Shown here piece after piece: positions 1 to 9,201 of a stretch of DNA of 60,480 nucleotides (positions are counted from its first letter, which is position 1; each line of letters begins with the position of its first letter). Under the pieces are notes generated by a model. It saw only the letters and a list, made by a program, of their open reading frames with translations. It was not told where the DNA came from and did no database searches. The position numbers and the translations under genes are program-made. Source of the stretch: a virus (Duplodnaviria > Caudoviricetes). The stretch covers positions 1 to 60,480 of IMG/VR virus record IMGVR_UViG_3300025392_000294; one strand, written 5' to 3'.

Positions 1-134
1 ACTCAATCCTTAGAAAATACCATTGACCCTCCCCAACTTGTTGACCTGGAAACCCCCCCCGTCACTCTCTGAAACAAAATAGGGTGGGGGGTATATTTTT
101 TCTGAAAAGGGGTCAACTTGTTGGGGGGCTCTCG

Positions 135-147
135 TAAGTTGTTGATT
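135..147 (-). promoter_or_regulatory. IHF consensus site
   Basis: Minus strand AATCAACAACTTA fits WATCAANNNNTTR; identical copy at 59784-59796. Confidence 0.55.
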
Positions 148-462
148 ATGAAGAGAAAATATGTGCATTCTAAAAAAGAATTGTTGGCGATGTCACGGCC
201 TGGTCGGTTGACGGAAGAAGATTGTTTGGAGAAAGAGATGACGCCCAAGGAGAGGAATGTGTTTTTAGTGATAGATGAGCATTGGAAGAAGATGGGATAT
301 GGGCCGTCTTATGAGGATATTATGAGAGCGACTGGGGATAAGGGGCGGGCTAATCTTGTACGGGTGATTGATAACTTATGTAAGATTGGGGTGTGTAAGA
401 AGCTCGCAGGGAAAGACAGGAGTGTTAGGCCGGTGTATATTAACTTCAGGAACATCGAATGA
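148..462 (+). CDS. LexA N-terminal-like winged-helix DNA-binding protein (no peptidase domain)
   Basis: MTPKERNVF..I.EHW...GYGPSYEDI....G......V...L...G.......RSVR matches the LexA DBD pattern; ATG 148 chosen; ATGA overlap with terL. Confidence 0.65.
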   Translation: MKRKYVHSKKELLAMSRPGRLTEEDCLEKEMTPKERNVFLVIDEHWKKMGYGPSYEDIMRATGDKGRANLVRVIDNLCKIGVCKKLAGKDRSVRPVYINFRNIE

Positions 463-1955
463 ATGAAGCTGCCTTGATGGAAGCGATAGAGAAGATGCCG
501 CCGGAGATGGCGTCTGAGATGTGGGAGATGTTTGAGTTCTATAAACAGAGTTTGGATGTTGAGAAGGCCAGTGACGACTTCTTGCAGTTTGTAAATGAGA
601 TGTGGCCTGGGTTTATACATGGGAGACATCATGAGTTGATGGCGGAGAAGTTTGAGGAGATTGCGACTGGGAAGATAAAGAGGCTGATTATTAATATGCC
701 GCCTCGTCATACCAAGTCTGAGTTTGCGTCTTTTCTTTTGCCGGCTTGGTATCTGGGGAAGTATCCTGGGAAGAAAATTATCCAGACGTCTAATACAGCA
801 GAACTTGCGGTCGGGTTTGGCCGGAAAGTCAGGAACCTGGTGGCGTCAGATCAATACCATCGAATATTCCCCAATGTGAATCTACGGTCAGACTCTAAGG
901 CCGCGGGACGGTGGTCAACAAATCAGAATGGCGAATACTTCGCTATCGGTGTGGGCGGTACTGTGACCGGTAAAGGTGCGGATCTGCTTATCATCGACGA
1001 CCCACACTCGGAACAAGAAGCAGCTTTAGCCCAAGGAGACCCTACAGTATTTGATAAAGTGTATGAGTGGTACACATCCGGTCCTCGCCAGCGTCTACAG
1101 CCGGGAGGGTCTATTGTGGTGGTGATGACCAGGTGGGCCAAGAAAGACCTAACCGGTAAGATCATCCAGTCCATGATCGACAGGGATGGGGAGAAGTGGG
1201 AGGTTATACAGCTGCCGGCGATTATGCCGTCTGGTATTCCACTGTGGCCAGAGTTTTGGAAGTTAGAAGAGCTGGAAGCCCTCAAGTCCGAACTTCCCGT
1301 TGCGAAATGGAATGCCCAGTACATGCAGTCCCCAACCTCGGAGGAAGGGGCTATCGTCAAGCGGGAGTGGTGGAAGATATGGGATGAGGATAAGGTTCCC
1401 GTGTGTGAGTATGTCATACAGTCCTGGGATACTGCGTTTACCAAGAACGAACGAAGCGATTACTCTGCATGCACGACCTGGGGGGTGTTCTATCTCAACG
1501 AGAACGTCAGAGATCCACACGTCATATTGTTGGATGCGTTTAAAAGACGGATGGAGTTTCCGGAACTAAAGCAGGTAGCGTTGGAGGAATATAGGAATTG
1601 GGAGCCAGACGCGTTTATCGTCGAGGCCAAGGCATCCGGAGCACCACTTATTTATGAATTAAGGGCGATGGGGATACCGGTGCAGGAGTTTACGCCCAGT
1701 AGGGGAAATGATAAGATGGTGAGGATTAACTCAGTGTCCGATCTTTTCGCAAGCGGAAAGGTCTGGGCGCCGCCTACAAGATGGGCGGATGAAGTAATCG
1801 AAGAGCTCGCTGCTTTCCCCAATTCAGACCACGATGACCTTGTGGACTCAACAACACAGGCATTGTTAAGATTCAGGAAGGGCGGGTTTCTATCTTTAAA
1901 TTCTGACGAGAAAGACGAGCCGTCTAGTTATCGTCGCAAAGCTGCCTATTATTAA
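459..1955 (+). CDS. terL: Terminase large subunit
   Basis: INMPPRHTKSE Walker A, LLIIDDP Walker B, QSWDTA and HDDLVDS RNase H-like nuclease motifs. Confidence 0.95.
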   Translation: MNEAALMEAIEKMPPEMASEMWEMFEFYKQSLDVEKASDDFLQFVNEMWPGFIHGRHHELMAEKFEEIATGKIKRLIINMPPRHTKSEFASFLLPAWYLGKYPGKKIIQTSNTAELAVGFGRKVRNLVASDQYHRIFPNVNLRSDSKAAGRWSTNQNGEYFAIGVGGTVTGKGADLLIIDDPHSEQEAALAQGDPTVFDKVYEWYTSGPRQRLQPGGSIVVVMTRWAKKDLTGKIIQSMIDRDGEKWEVIQLPAIMPSGIPLWPEFWKLEELEALKSELPVAKWNAQYMQSPTSEEGAIVKREWWKIWDEDKVPVCEYVIQSWDTAFTKNERSDYSACTTWGVFYLNENVRDPHVILLDAFKRRMEFPELKQVALEEYRNWEPDAFIVEAKASGAPLIYELRAMGIPVQEFTPSRGNDKMVRINSVSDLFASGKVWAPPTRWADEVIEELAAFPNSDHDDLVDSTTQALLRFRKGGFLSLNSDEKDEPSSYRRKAAYY

Positions 1956-1963
1956 GGATCATC

Positions 1964-4453
1964 ATGATTGAAAAGTCACTCAACCAAGCACCAGCCGGAC
2001 TAGAGAGTTTAGCTCAAGATCAGGAGCCCGTGGAGATAGAAATTGTTGACCCAGAAGAAGTCCACATTAAGGCCGGTGATCTTGAGATCGATGTGGGCAA
2101 GGGGGAGGATGAGGGTTTTGACGACAATCTGGCCGATGAAGTTGATGAGTCTGTACTGGTAACGCTGGCTGGCGATCTAGATAAGAGCATTGAACAAGAC
2201 AAAAACTCCAGAAAAGACTGGGAGAAAGCCTATACAGAAGGGCTTAAATTACTCGGCTTACATATAGAAGAGCGCACAGAGCCCTGGAATGGAGCGTCTG
2301 GTGTGTTCCATCCCATGATTACCGAGGCTGTAGTACGGTTTCAGTCTGAGATGATCACCGAGACTTTCCCCGCCAGAGGGCCGGTACGAACCAAGCTGAT
2401 CGGTAAAGAATCTCCTCAGATGAAAGAAATCGCTATCAATGTCGAAGACGACATGAATAACGAACTGACAGAGGTAATGAAGGAGTTTCGACCAGAACAC
2501 GAGCGCATGCTTTGGTCTTTGCCGGCGACTGGCTCTGCATTCAAGAAGGTGTACTACGATCCCAATTTAGGACGCCAAGTATCCATCTTTATCCCTGCCG
2601 AAGATATCGTGTTGCCTTACGGCACAACAGATATGGATACCTGCTACCGTGTGACGCACGTCATGCGCAAGACAAAGAATGAAATCGTAAAGCTACAGAA
2701 TGCCGGCTTTTACCGCGATATAGAGTTGCCCGATCCCAGCAGATCTAAAGAAGAAATCCAGTCGGCAAAAGATAGGGAGACCGGATTCAGTGACCTTACC
2801 GATGAACGATACACTCTTTATGAATGCCACGTTGATCTTGATATTGAAGGATTTGAGGATCAAAATGATGACGGTGAAGAAACCGGTATCATGGTTCCAT
2901 ATGTTGTCACGCTAATTAAAGGCACGCATGATATCCTGTCCATAAGGAGAAACTGGAATGAAGGCGACACGCTCAAGCTTAAAAGGCAGCATTTTGTCCA
3001 CTACCAATACATACCCGGCTTTGGCGCTTACGGGTTCGGATTGTTCCACCTCATTGGCGGCTTTGCTAAATCTGCCACCAGCATCATGCGACAGCTCATT
3101 GATGCTGGAACTCTATCGAACTTGCCTGGGGGACTCAAGTCCAGGGGCTTACGCATTAAGGGCGATGATACCCCAATTGCTCCAGGGGAATTTAGAGACG
3201 TAGACGTTGCCTCTGGGAATATTCGGGATTCCATCCTGCCGCTACCTTATAAGGAGCCGAGCCAGGTATTGATGACTCTCTTGGGAAGTATTGTCGAAGA
3301 GGGACGCCGATTTGCTGCTACTGCCGATATGAGTGTGTCGGACATGTCCTCACAGACGCCAGTCGGAACCACACTTGCTCTATTGGAGAGACAGCTAAAG
3401 GTATTGAGTGCAGTCCAAGCGCGTACTCACTTTGCTTTGAAGCAGGAATTAAAACTACTCAAAGACATCATTCGAGATTACACAGACCCAGATTACTCAT
3501 ATGATCCAGAGTACGGCGGCAAAAAATCCAAGAAAGATGACTACGATAAAGTTGACATCATTCCCGTATCAGATCCTAATGCAGCCACTCTTTCACAGCG
3601 TGTAGTTCAGTATCAAGCTGTGATACAGATGGCGCAGATGGCCCCCCAGATCTATGATCTGCCGCAGTTACACCGATCAATGTTAGATGTTTTGGGGATT
3701 AAAAATGCGGATAAGCTTGTACCATTACCCGATGATCAGAAGCCTGCGGATCCTGTATCTGAGAATCAAGCGGCGCTTAAAGGCAAACCGCTAAAAGCTT
3801 TTCTGTTCCAAAACCATCAGGCGCATATCCAAGTCCATCAGTCGATGATGCAAGACCCAACAATTATGGCCATCGTTGGACAGAACCCACAAGCGCAAGC
3901 CATCATGGGAGCACTGCAAGCCCACATGGCCGAACATATGGGCTACTTATATAGACAGCAGATCGAAGAACAACTTGGCATGGCACTACCGCCCGAAGAC
4001 GACAAGATGACGCCTCAATTGGAAGCGGCATTGTCAGGCATGATGGCTCAAGCCGCCCAACAAGTTGCCCAACAGCATCAAGCACAAGCTGCTCAACAGC
4101 AGGCACAACAGCAAGCGCAAGACCCAGTATTGCAAATGCAGCAGCAAGAGTTGCAAATTGCCCAACAAGAAGTCCAGATCAAAGCGCAGAAACAAAAAGC
4201 CGAGGCGGCTATTGCTACGGCTAGATTGGCTCTCGAGGAACAAAAAGCCACTGCCGACATACAGCTTAATGCGATGAAGACCGGTATTGATATGAAGCAC
4301 AAACAAGCTTTGATTGCCTCCCAAGAGAACCAAACTGGAGTCAAGTTGGGAGTTGATATTGGAAAGCACAAAGCACAGCAAGATCTCACGGCACGCCAGG
4401 CCGCTCTACAACATGGCGTTGATTTAGCTGATAGATTGAAAGGCAAAGAATGA
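1964..4453 (+). CDS. Portal protein with Q-rich C-terminal coiled coil
   Basis: Directly after TerL; 829 aa; FKKVYYD and IDAGTLSN motifs; long Q/A-rich tail like P22-type portals. Confidence 0.88.
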   Translation: MIEKSLNQAPAGLESLAQDQEPVEIEIVDPEEVHIKAGDLEIDVGKGEDEGFDDNLADEVDESVLVTLAGDLDKSIEQDKNSRKDWEKAYTEGLKLLGLHIEERTEPWNGASGVFHPMITEAVVRFQSEMITETFPARGPVRTKLIGKESPQMKEIAINVEDDMNNELTEVMKEFRPEHERMLWSLPATGSAFKKVYYDPNLGRQVSIFIPAEDIVLPYGTTDMDTCYRVTHVMRKTKNEIVKLQNAGFYRDIELPDPSRSKEEIQSAKDRETGFSDLTDERYTLYECHVDLDIEGFEDQNDDGEETGIMVPYVVTLIKGTHDILSIRRNWNEGDTLKLKRQHFVHYQYIPGFGAYGFGLFHLIGGFAKSATSIMRQLIDAGTLSNLPGGLKSRGLRIKGDDTPIAPGEFRDVDVASGNIRDSILPLPYKEPSQVLMTLLGSIVEEGRRFAATADMSVSDMSSQTPVGTTLALLERQLKVLSAVQARTHFALKQELKLLKDIIRDYTDPDYSYDPEYGGKKSKKDDYDKVDIIPVSDPNAATLSQRVVQYQAVIQMAQMAPQIYDLPQLHRSMLDVLGIKNADKLVPLPDDQKPADPVSENQAALKGKPLKAFLFQNHQAHIQVHQSMMQDPTIMAIVGQNPQAQAIMGALQAHMAEHMGYLYRQQIEEQLGMALPPEDDKMTPQLEAALSGMMAQAAQQVAQQHQAQAAQQQAQQQAQDPVLQMQQQELQIAQQEVQIKAQKQKAEAAIATARLALEEQKATADIQLNAMKTGIDMKHKQALIASQENQTGVKLGVDIGKHKAQQDLTARQAALQHGVDLADRLKGKE

Positions 4454-4644
4454 TCCAAGACTTCGCACGCGTATTGCGCGACAAATTACGCACCGACATG
4501 AACAACTACGCCGATGACATGGCTGGTGGTGCTTGTCGCTCTTTTGAAGAATACCAAAAACTCTGCGGGCTAATTTCAGGTCTGGCATTGGCAGAGCGTT
4601 ATCTCCTAGACCTGCTGAAAGAAAGTGAAGAAGACGATGAGTGA
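4450..4644 (+). CDS. Small head-module protein
   Basis: ATGA overlap with portal; helical 64 aa. Confidence 0.7.
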   Translation: MIQDFARVLRDKLRTDMNNYADDMAGGACRSFEEYQKLCGLISGLALAERYLLDLLKESEEDDE

Positions 4645-5071
4645 TTTGATTTTACCCGCTGGTGTTTCTATGCCAGAAACCATCCAACCCGTGGAGGCAC
4701 CACAAGAGGATGCAAGCAATGAAGAAAAAGCCACTGTGTTACCAGAGCCGACTGGGTACAAGATACTTTGCGGGGTGCCCGACATCTCCGAAAAGATCGA
4801 TGGAACCACGTTAGATCTGATAAGGCCATCCCAATTTGCAGCACAAGAACAGCACGCCACAACCGTATTGTTTGTGTTGAAAGTTGGTCCCGACGCATAT
4901 AAAGATCCAGAAAAGTACCCCACCGGCGCGTGGTGTAAACCTGGAGATTTTGTGCTAACCCGTACCTATTCTGGTACGCGATTCAAAATATTCGGCAAAG
5001 AATTTAGGCTCATTAATGATGACCAAGTCGATGCCGTCGTCGAAGACCCACGCGGAATAAGCCGCGCATAA
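4637..5071 (+). CDS. GroES/Cpn10-like co-chaperonin
   Basis: PTGYKIL...VLKVGPDAY...WCKPGDFVL...YSGTRFKI.GKEFRLINDDQV is a GroES-fold signature. Confidence 0.8.
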   Translation: MSDLILPAGVSMPETIQPVEAPQEDASNEEKATVLPEPTGYKILCGVPDISEKIDGTTLDLIRPSQFAAQEQHATTVLFVLKVGPDAYKDPEKYPTGAWCKPGDFVLTRTYSGTRFKIFGKEFRLINDDQVDAVVEDPRGISRA

Positions 5072-5080
5072 AGGACCATC

Positions 5081-6016
5081 ATGAACGAAGAATTTAAGTT
5101 TCCCGATGAAACCGAAGACACTTCCAGTCCCCAACAAGTTGAGGGGGAAGAGGAAATTGAAATTGAAATCATCGATGACACACCAGACCGGGATAAAGGC
5201 AAACAACCTTTAAACAAGGAAGTTGCCGATCCCACAGAGGACGAGATCGCCAGTTACTCACAGAATGTCCAAAGCCGCATCAAGGAATTGACGCACGCCA
5301 GACATGATGAGAGACGTAAAGCCGAGGCGGCCATGCGTGAAAAGCAAGAACTTGAGCACCTTACGCAACAGCTTTTAGAAGAGAACAAGTCTCTTAAAAA
5401 CAACGTGCAGCAAGGCCATCAAATTATTGCGTCTTCAGCCAAAGAGAAAGCAGAAGCAGATCTAATATTAGCTAGAAAACAGTATAAAGAAGCTCAAGAG
5501 GCCTACGATACTGACGCTATTATTGCTGCTCAAGAGGCTTTAACGGAGGCAAAATGGCGTATTGAGTCATTGAAAAATTACCGTCCCGCTTTACAAGAGC
5601 GTGAAAATCCGGTACAAACTCAACCTAGACAGACACAAACTGTTCAACCAGACGAAAAATCCCTGCGCTGGCAGGCAAAAAACCAGTGGTTTGGATCGAA
5701 CGGGTTTGAAGAAGTTACCAGCTTCGCACTAGGGCTGCATCAAAAACTGGTCAATTCGGGTATAGACCCGCGCTCCGATGAATACTATCAACAGATAGAT
5801 TCACGCATTAAGAACACGTTCCCGGAAGTATTCGGCGAACAAAAACCGGCACAAGCCGCAAAGCGTCCTTCGAATGTTGTTGCTCCAGCGTCTAGATCTA
5901 CGGGCGTAAAAAAGGTTCAACTGACTCCGACGCAAGCTGCGTTAGTGAAGAAGTTTAATCTTGATCCCAAGAAATATTACCTTGAACAACAGAAATTGGA
6001 GGCACAAAATGGTTGA
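5081..6016 (+). CDS. Capsid scaffolding protein
   Basis: Acidic N-terminus, coiled coil, position between portal and capsid. Confidence 0.7.
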   Translation: MNEEFKFPDETEDTSSPQQVEGEEEIEIEIIDDTPDRDKGKQPLNKEVADPTEDEIASYSQNVQSRIKELTHARHDERRKAEAAMREKQELEHLTQQLLEENKSLKNNVQQGHQIIASSAKEKAEADLILARKQYKEAQEAYDTDAIIAAQEALTEAKWRIESLKNYRPALQERENPVQTQPRQTQTVQPDEKSLRWQAKNQWFGSNGFEEVTSFALGLHQKLVNSGIDPRSDEYYQQIDSRIKNTFPEVFGEQKPAQAAKRPSNVVAPASRSTGVKKVQLTPTQAALVKKFNLDPKKYYLEQQKLEAQNG

Positions 6017-6452
6017 TGTTAAGAAAACTCGTGAGATTGAAGTTCGTGAAAAAGAGGTTCGCAAGGAGTACAAACCTTCGAGCCAGCTGCCCGACCCTAC
6101 ACCCGAGCCTGGATATGTGTATCGTTACATCATGACGCACATACTTGGTAAGGCGGATCACACCAGATTGTCTCGCATGAGACGTGACGGATGGGAACCA
6201 GTAAAGGCGGCAGACCATCCTGAGCTAATGCTTGATGGGAATAATGAGGGCAACGTAGAAGTCGGTGGTTTGATTCTGTGCAAAAACACACAAGAGAACT
6301 TTGACGCCTACCAGCGCTATTATGCCAAGCAAGCACAAGACCAGATGGAATCAGTGGACAACAGTTTCATGAAAGACAATGATCCCAGGATGCGCAAGTT
6401 TTCGGAGAAAACATCGACGACAACTCGCGGTGCTGGATTTGGCGCAAGATAA
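6009..6452 (+). CDS. Head-module hypothetical protein
   Basis: GGAGG RBS; P.PEPGYVYR.I...GWEPV...VGGLILCK. Confidence 0.65.
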   Translation: MVDVKKTREIEVREKEVRKEYKPSSQLPDPTPEPGYVYRYIMTHILGKADHTRLSRMRRDGWEPVKAADHPELMLDGNNEGNVEVGGLILCKNTQENFDAYQRYYAKQAQDQMESVDNSFMKDNDPRMRKFSEKTSTTTRGAGFGAR

Positions 6453-6470
6453 ACTTTTTAGGAGTCTTTA

Positions 6471-7340
6471 ATGGCATATCCAATCATTCCCGCCCCTTAC
6501 GGGTTCAAGGCGGTCAGTGAGTTTGGTGGTTTACCCTATGCTGGTTCTACTCGCATGTATCCCATCGCTACTGGCTATAGCACCTCTTTGTTCAATGGCG
6601 ACATTGTTCAATTGTCAGGTGGTACTATCGTAACAACAACAATGTCTGCTGCCTCTAGCCCCGCTACTGCTGTAGCCGGTACACTAGGTATCTTCGTTGG
6701 TGCTGAGTACACAAACTCATCCAGTCAGATCGTTCGCGGTCAATACTGGCCTGCAAACACAACATCTAACTATGCCGTCGGCTACGTTATTGATGATCCC
6801 CGCACTGTGTTCAAAGCAGTGATGGTTGCTCAAGGTACTTCCTTGTCCAACACAGCTTCAACAGTTGGTTATGCTAGCGCAACTTTTATTGGTACAAACG
6901 TCTATGCCGTCACAGGTACAGCCGGTAATACCACAACTGGTGACTCAGCAATGGCCGTATCTGGTGCAGTTATTAGCTCTGGTACATCTGGTAATACTCG
7001 TATTGCTACTTTGTTGCCCTTCCGTGTTGTTGGTCTCGTTCAAGATACTGCCGTTACTTATACTGCCACAAGCGGTACAGCAACTTCCAGTAGCTCAACA
7101 TTGACCATTACCGCAGCCAATTCAAACATTCAGCCTGGCATGCAAATCATTGCTCCTGGCGTGACTGGTATGGCTCAAGGTAATTACCTAACAGTAACAA
7201 ACATCAGCAGCACAACCTTGACGTTGTCTGCCAGTGTTACCGTTCCTGCTGGTACTGCACTTTCTTTTGTTGGTTATCCTGAAGTTTTGGTGACCTGGAA
7301 TGCAACATTCCAAGGCATGACCAATACTGCTGGTGTTTAA
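6471..7340 (+). CDS. Head decoration/minor capsid protein
   Basis: Immediately upstream of the major capsid gene; T/S/G-rich beta protein; AGGAG RBS. Confidence 0.6.
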   Translation: MAYPIIPAPYGFKAVSEFGGLPYAGSTRMYPIATGYSTSLFNGDIVQLSGGTIVTTTMSAASSPATAVAGTLGIFVGAEYTNSSSQIVRGQYWPANTTSNYAVGYVIDDPRTVFKAVMVAQGTSLSNTASTVGYASATFIGTNVYAVTGTAGNTTTGDSAMAVSGAVISSGTSGNTRIATLLPFRVVGLVQDTAVTYTATSGTATSSSSTLTITAANSNIQPGMQIIAPGVTGMAQGNYLTVTNISSTTLTLSASVTVPAGTALSFVGYPEVLVTWNATFQGMTNTAGV

Positions 7341-7355
7341 TTAAGGAGCACTTAA

Positions 7356-8258
7356 ATGGCTATTTCACGCGCACAACTGCTTAAAGAGTTGCTCCCTGGT
7401 TTGAACGCATTGTTCGGTCTAGAGTACGCCCGCTACGGCGAAGAGCACAAAGAGATCTACGAAACTGAGAAATCAGAGCGTAGCTTTGAAGAAGAGACAA
7501 AACTGTCAGGCTTCTCAGCCGCACCAGTCAAGGCCGAGGGCACAGCCATCAGCTACGACAATGCGCAAGAGGCATTTACAGCTCGCTATAACCACGAAAC
7601 CATTGCTTTGGGTTTCTCAATCACTGAAGAAGCGATTGAAGATAACTTGTACGACAGCTTGTCTGCTCGCTACACCAAAGGTTTGGCCCGTGCTATGGCA
7701 TACACCAAGCAAGTCAAAGCTGCCGCAGTTTTGAACAACGCTTACAACGCTCAATACGTTGGTGGCGACGGTGTATCTTTGTTGAACTCTGCTCACCCCT
7801 TGGTGAACGGTGGCACAAACGCCAACACTCCTTCGACAGCTGCTGACTTGAACGAGACTTCTCTTGAGAATGCCGTCATTCAAATCGCCGCTTGGACAGA
7901 CGAGCGTGGTCTTTTGATCGCCGCACGCCCCAAGAAGTTGATTGTTCCACCAGCACTAATGTTCGTTGCAACACGTTTGCTCGACACAGAATTGCGCGTT
8001 GGTACAAACAACAACGACATCAACGCTATCAAGAACAACGGTTCCGTTCCAGAAGGTTACACAGTTAACCACTTCTTGACCGCTACCAATGCATGGTTCT
8101 TGACTACTGATGTGCCTAACGGCCTCAAGCATTTTGAGCGTACACCGTTGCAAAATTCAATGGATGGTGACTTCGATACAGGGAACGTGCGTTATAAATC
8201 ACGCGAGCGTTATTCGTTTGGCTGGTCAGATCCATTGGGAATCTACGGTTCCTATTAA
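7356..8258 (+). CDS. Major capsid protein (HK97 fold, Mu gpT-like family)
   Basis: MAISRAQLLKELLPGLNALFG..., PKKLIVPP, DFDTGNVRYKSRERYSFGWSDP; strong RBS; followed by a terminator. Confidence 0.9.
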   Translation: MAISRAQLLKELLPGLNALFGLEYARYGEEHKEIYETEKSERSFEEETKLSGFSAAPVKAEGTAISYDNAQEAFTARYNHETIALGFSITEEAIEDNLYDSLSARYTKGLARAMAYTKQVKAAAVLNNAYNAQYVGGDGVSLLNSAHPLVNGGTNANTPSTAADLNETSLENAVIQIAAWTDERGLLIAARPKKLIVPPALMFVATRLLDTELRVGTNNNDINAIKNNGSVPEGYTVNHFLTATNAWFLTTDVPNGLKHFERTPLQNSMDGDFDTGNVRYKSRERYSFGWSDPLGIYGSY

Positions 8259-8284
8259 ACAAACCAGGTCACAAGCCTGTTTGG

Positions 8285-8311
8285 AAGGGCCCTCAAAAGG
8301 GGCCCTTTTTT
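8285..8311 (+). terminator. Rho-independent terminator after the capsid gene
   Basis: AAGGGCCC/GGGCCCTT hairpin followed by a T run. Confidence 0.8.
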
Positions 8312-8315
8312 CTTG

Positions 8316-8343
8316 TTGACACGTTTAAAAAATAGTGTATATT
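8316..8343 (+). promoter_or_regulatory. Sigma70-like promoter
   Basis: TTGACA-16 nt-TATATT. Confidence 0.6.
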
Positions 8344-8435
8344 GTGGGTTGTCTGGGACTTTTATCTCTTGTTGCCAACCCGCCCAGGGGTCACGATGCA
8401 ACGATTAACAAGAGACTTTTGCATAAGGAATTATC

Positions 8436-9155
8436 ATGGCACGTTCCACCTTTGAAGGCCCAATCCTATCGGGCGACAACCGTTTTGGCCCTTTGCGTGA
8501 CGTTGGTTACACAGAGTTAGTTCAAGAATGTTACATTGACCTCTCCAACTCTACAGTTGGTACTGCTGGTTACAGCGGTGGTTCAGGACAGTTTGTTTCT
8601 TCCAATACCATTCCTAATTTGCAAGGTGTTGTTTATACACCTAGCTCTACATTCACCACAACAGGCCCAGTCGTACAGACACTTCCTGCTGACACATCAA
8701 CTCAGGTGTATCGCGGCGCTGTGATGTATTTGCCAATCAACAGTGCAATTCAAGACATCATCGTTGACTATCAGTTGGCCATTACTGGTGAAGGTGGCGC
8801 TACACTCAGCAACACCAGCGTATTTATTTCCAATAACTACACAGCTGGTGGCGGCACACCTACATATGGTACTGCTGTTATTTCTTCAAGCACAGGCGTT
8901 GGTACAGCTGGTCGTTTGTCAACCACTTACACAGCGACTAACTTGATCAACATGATGGCAACAACTTCTGATATTCAGAACCCACAAGTTGGTACACAGC
9001 CTAGCTTCTTCTCTCAGTTGGTGCTCACCTTGTCCATTACTGGTACAAGCGTTGCAGCTCCTACTGGCGGCAAATTGAATTTTATTGTGCGTTACACACA
9101 AGCTGATCCTACAATTGGCAACCTTACAACTTACCCATACGGTAATTTTGACTGA
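8436..9155 (+). CDS. Virion structural protein (putative decoration)
   Basis: MARSTFEGPILSG start, beta-rich, TAAGGA RBS. Confidence 0.6.
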   Translation: MARSTFEGPILSGDNRFGPLRDVGYTELVQECYIDLSNSTVGTAGYSGGSGQFVSSNTIPNLQGVVYTPSSTFTTTGPVVQTLPADTSTQVYRGAVMYLPINSAIQDIIVDYQLAITGEGGATLSNTSVFISNNYTAGGGTPTYGTAVISSSTGVGTAGRLSTTYTATNLINMMATTSDIQNPQVGTQPSFFSQLVLTLSITGTSVAAPTGGKLNFIVRYTQADPTIGNLTTYPYGNFD

Positions 9156-9160
9156 TAGTC

Positions 9161-9184
9161 AGGGGGGCTTCGGCCCCTTTCTTT
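9161..9184 (+). terminator. Rho-independent terminator
   Basis: GGGGC-TTCG-GCCCC followed by TTTCTTT. Confidence 0.75.
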
Positions 9185-9201
9185 AACGTAAGGAGTTTGT
9201 A

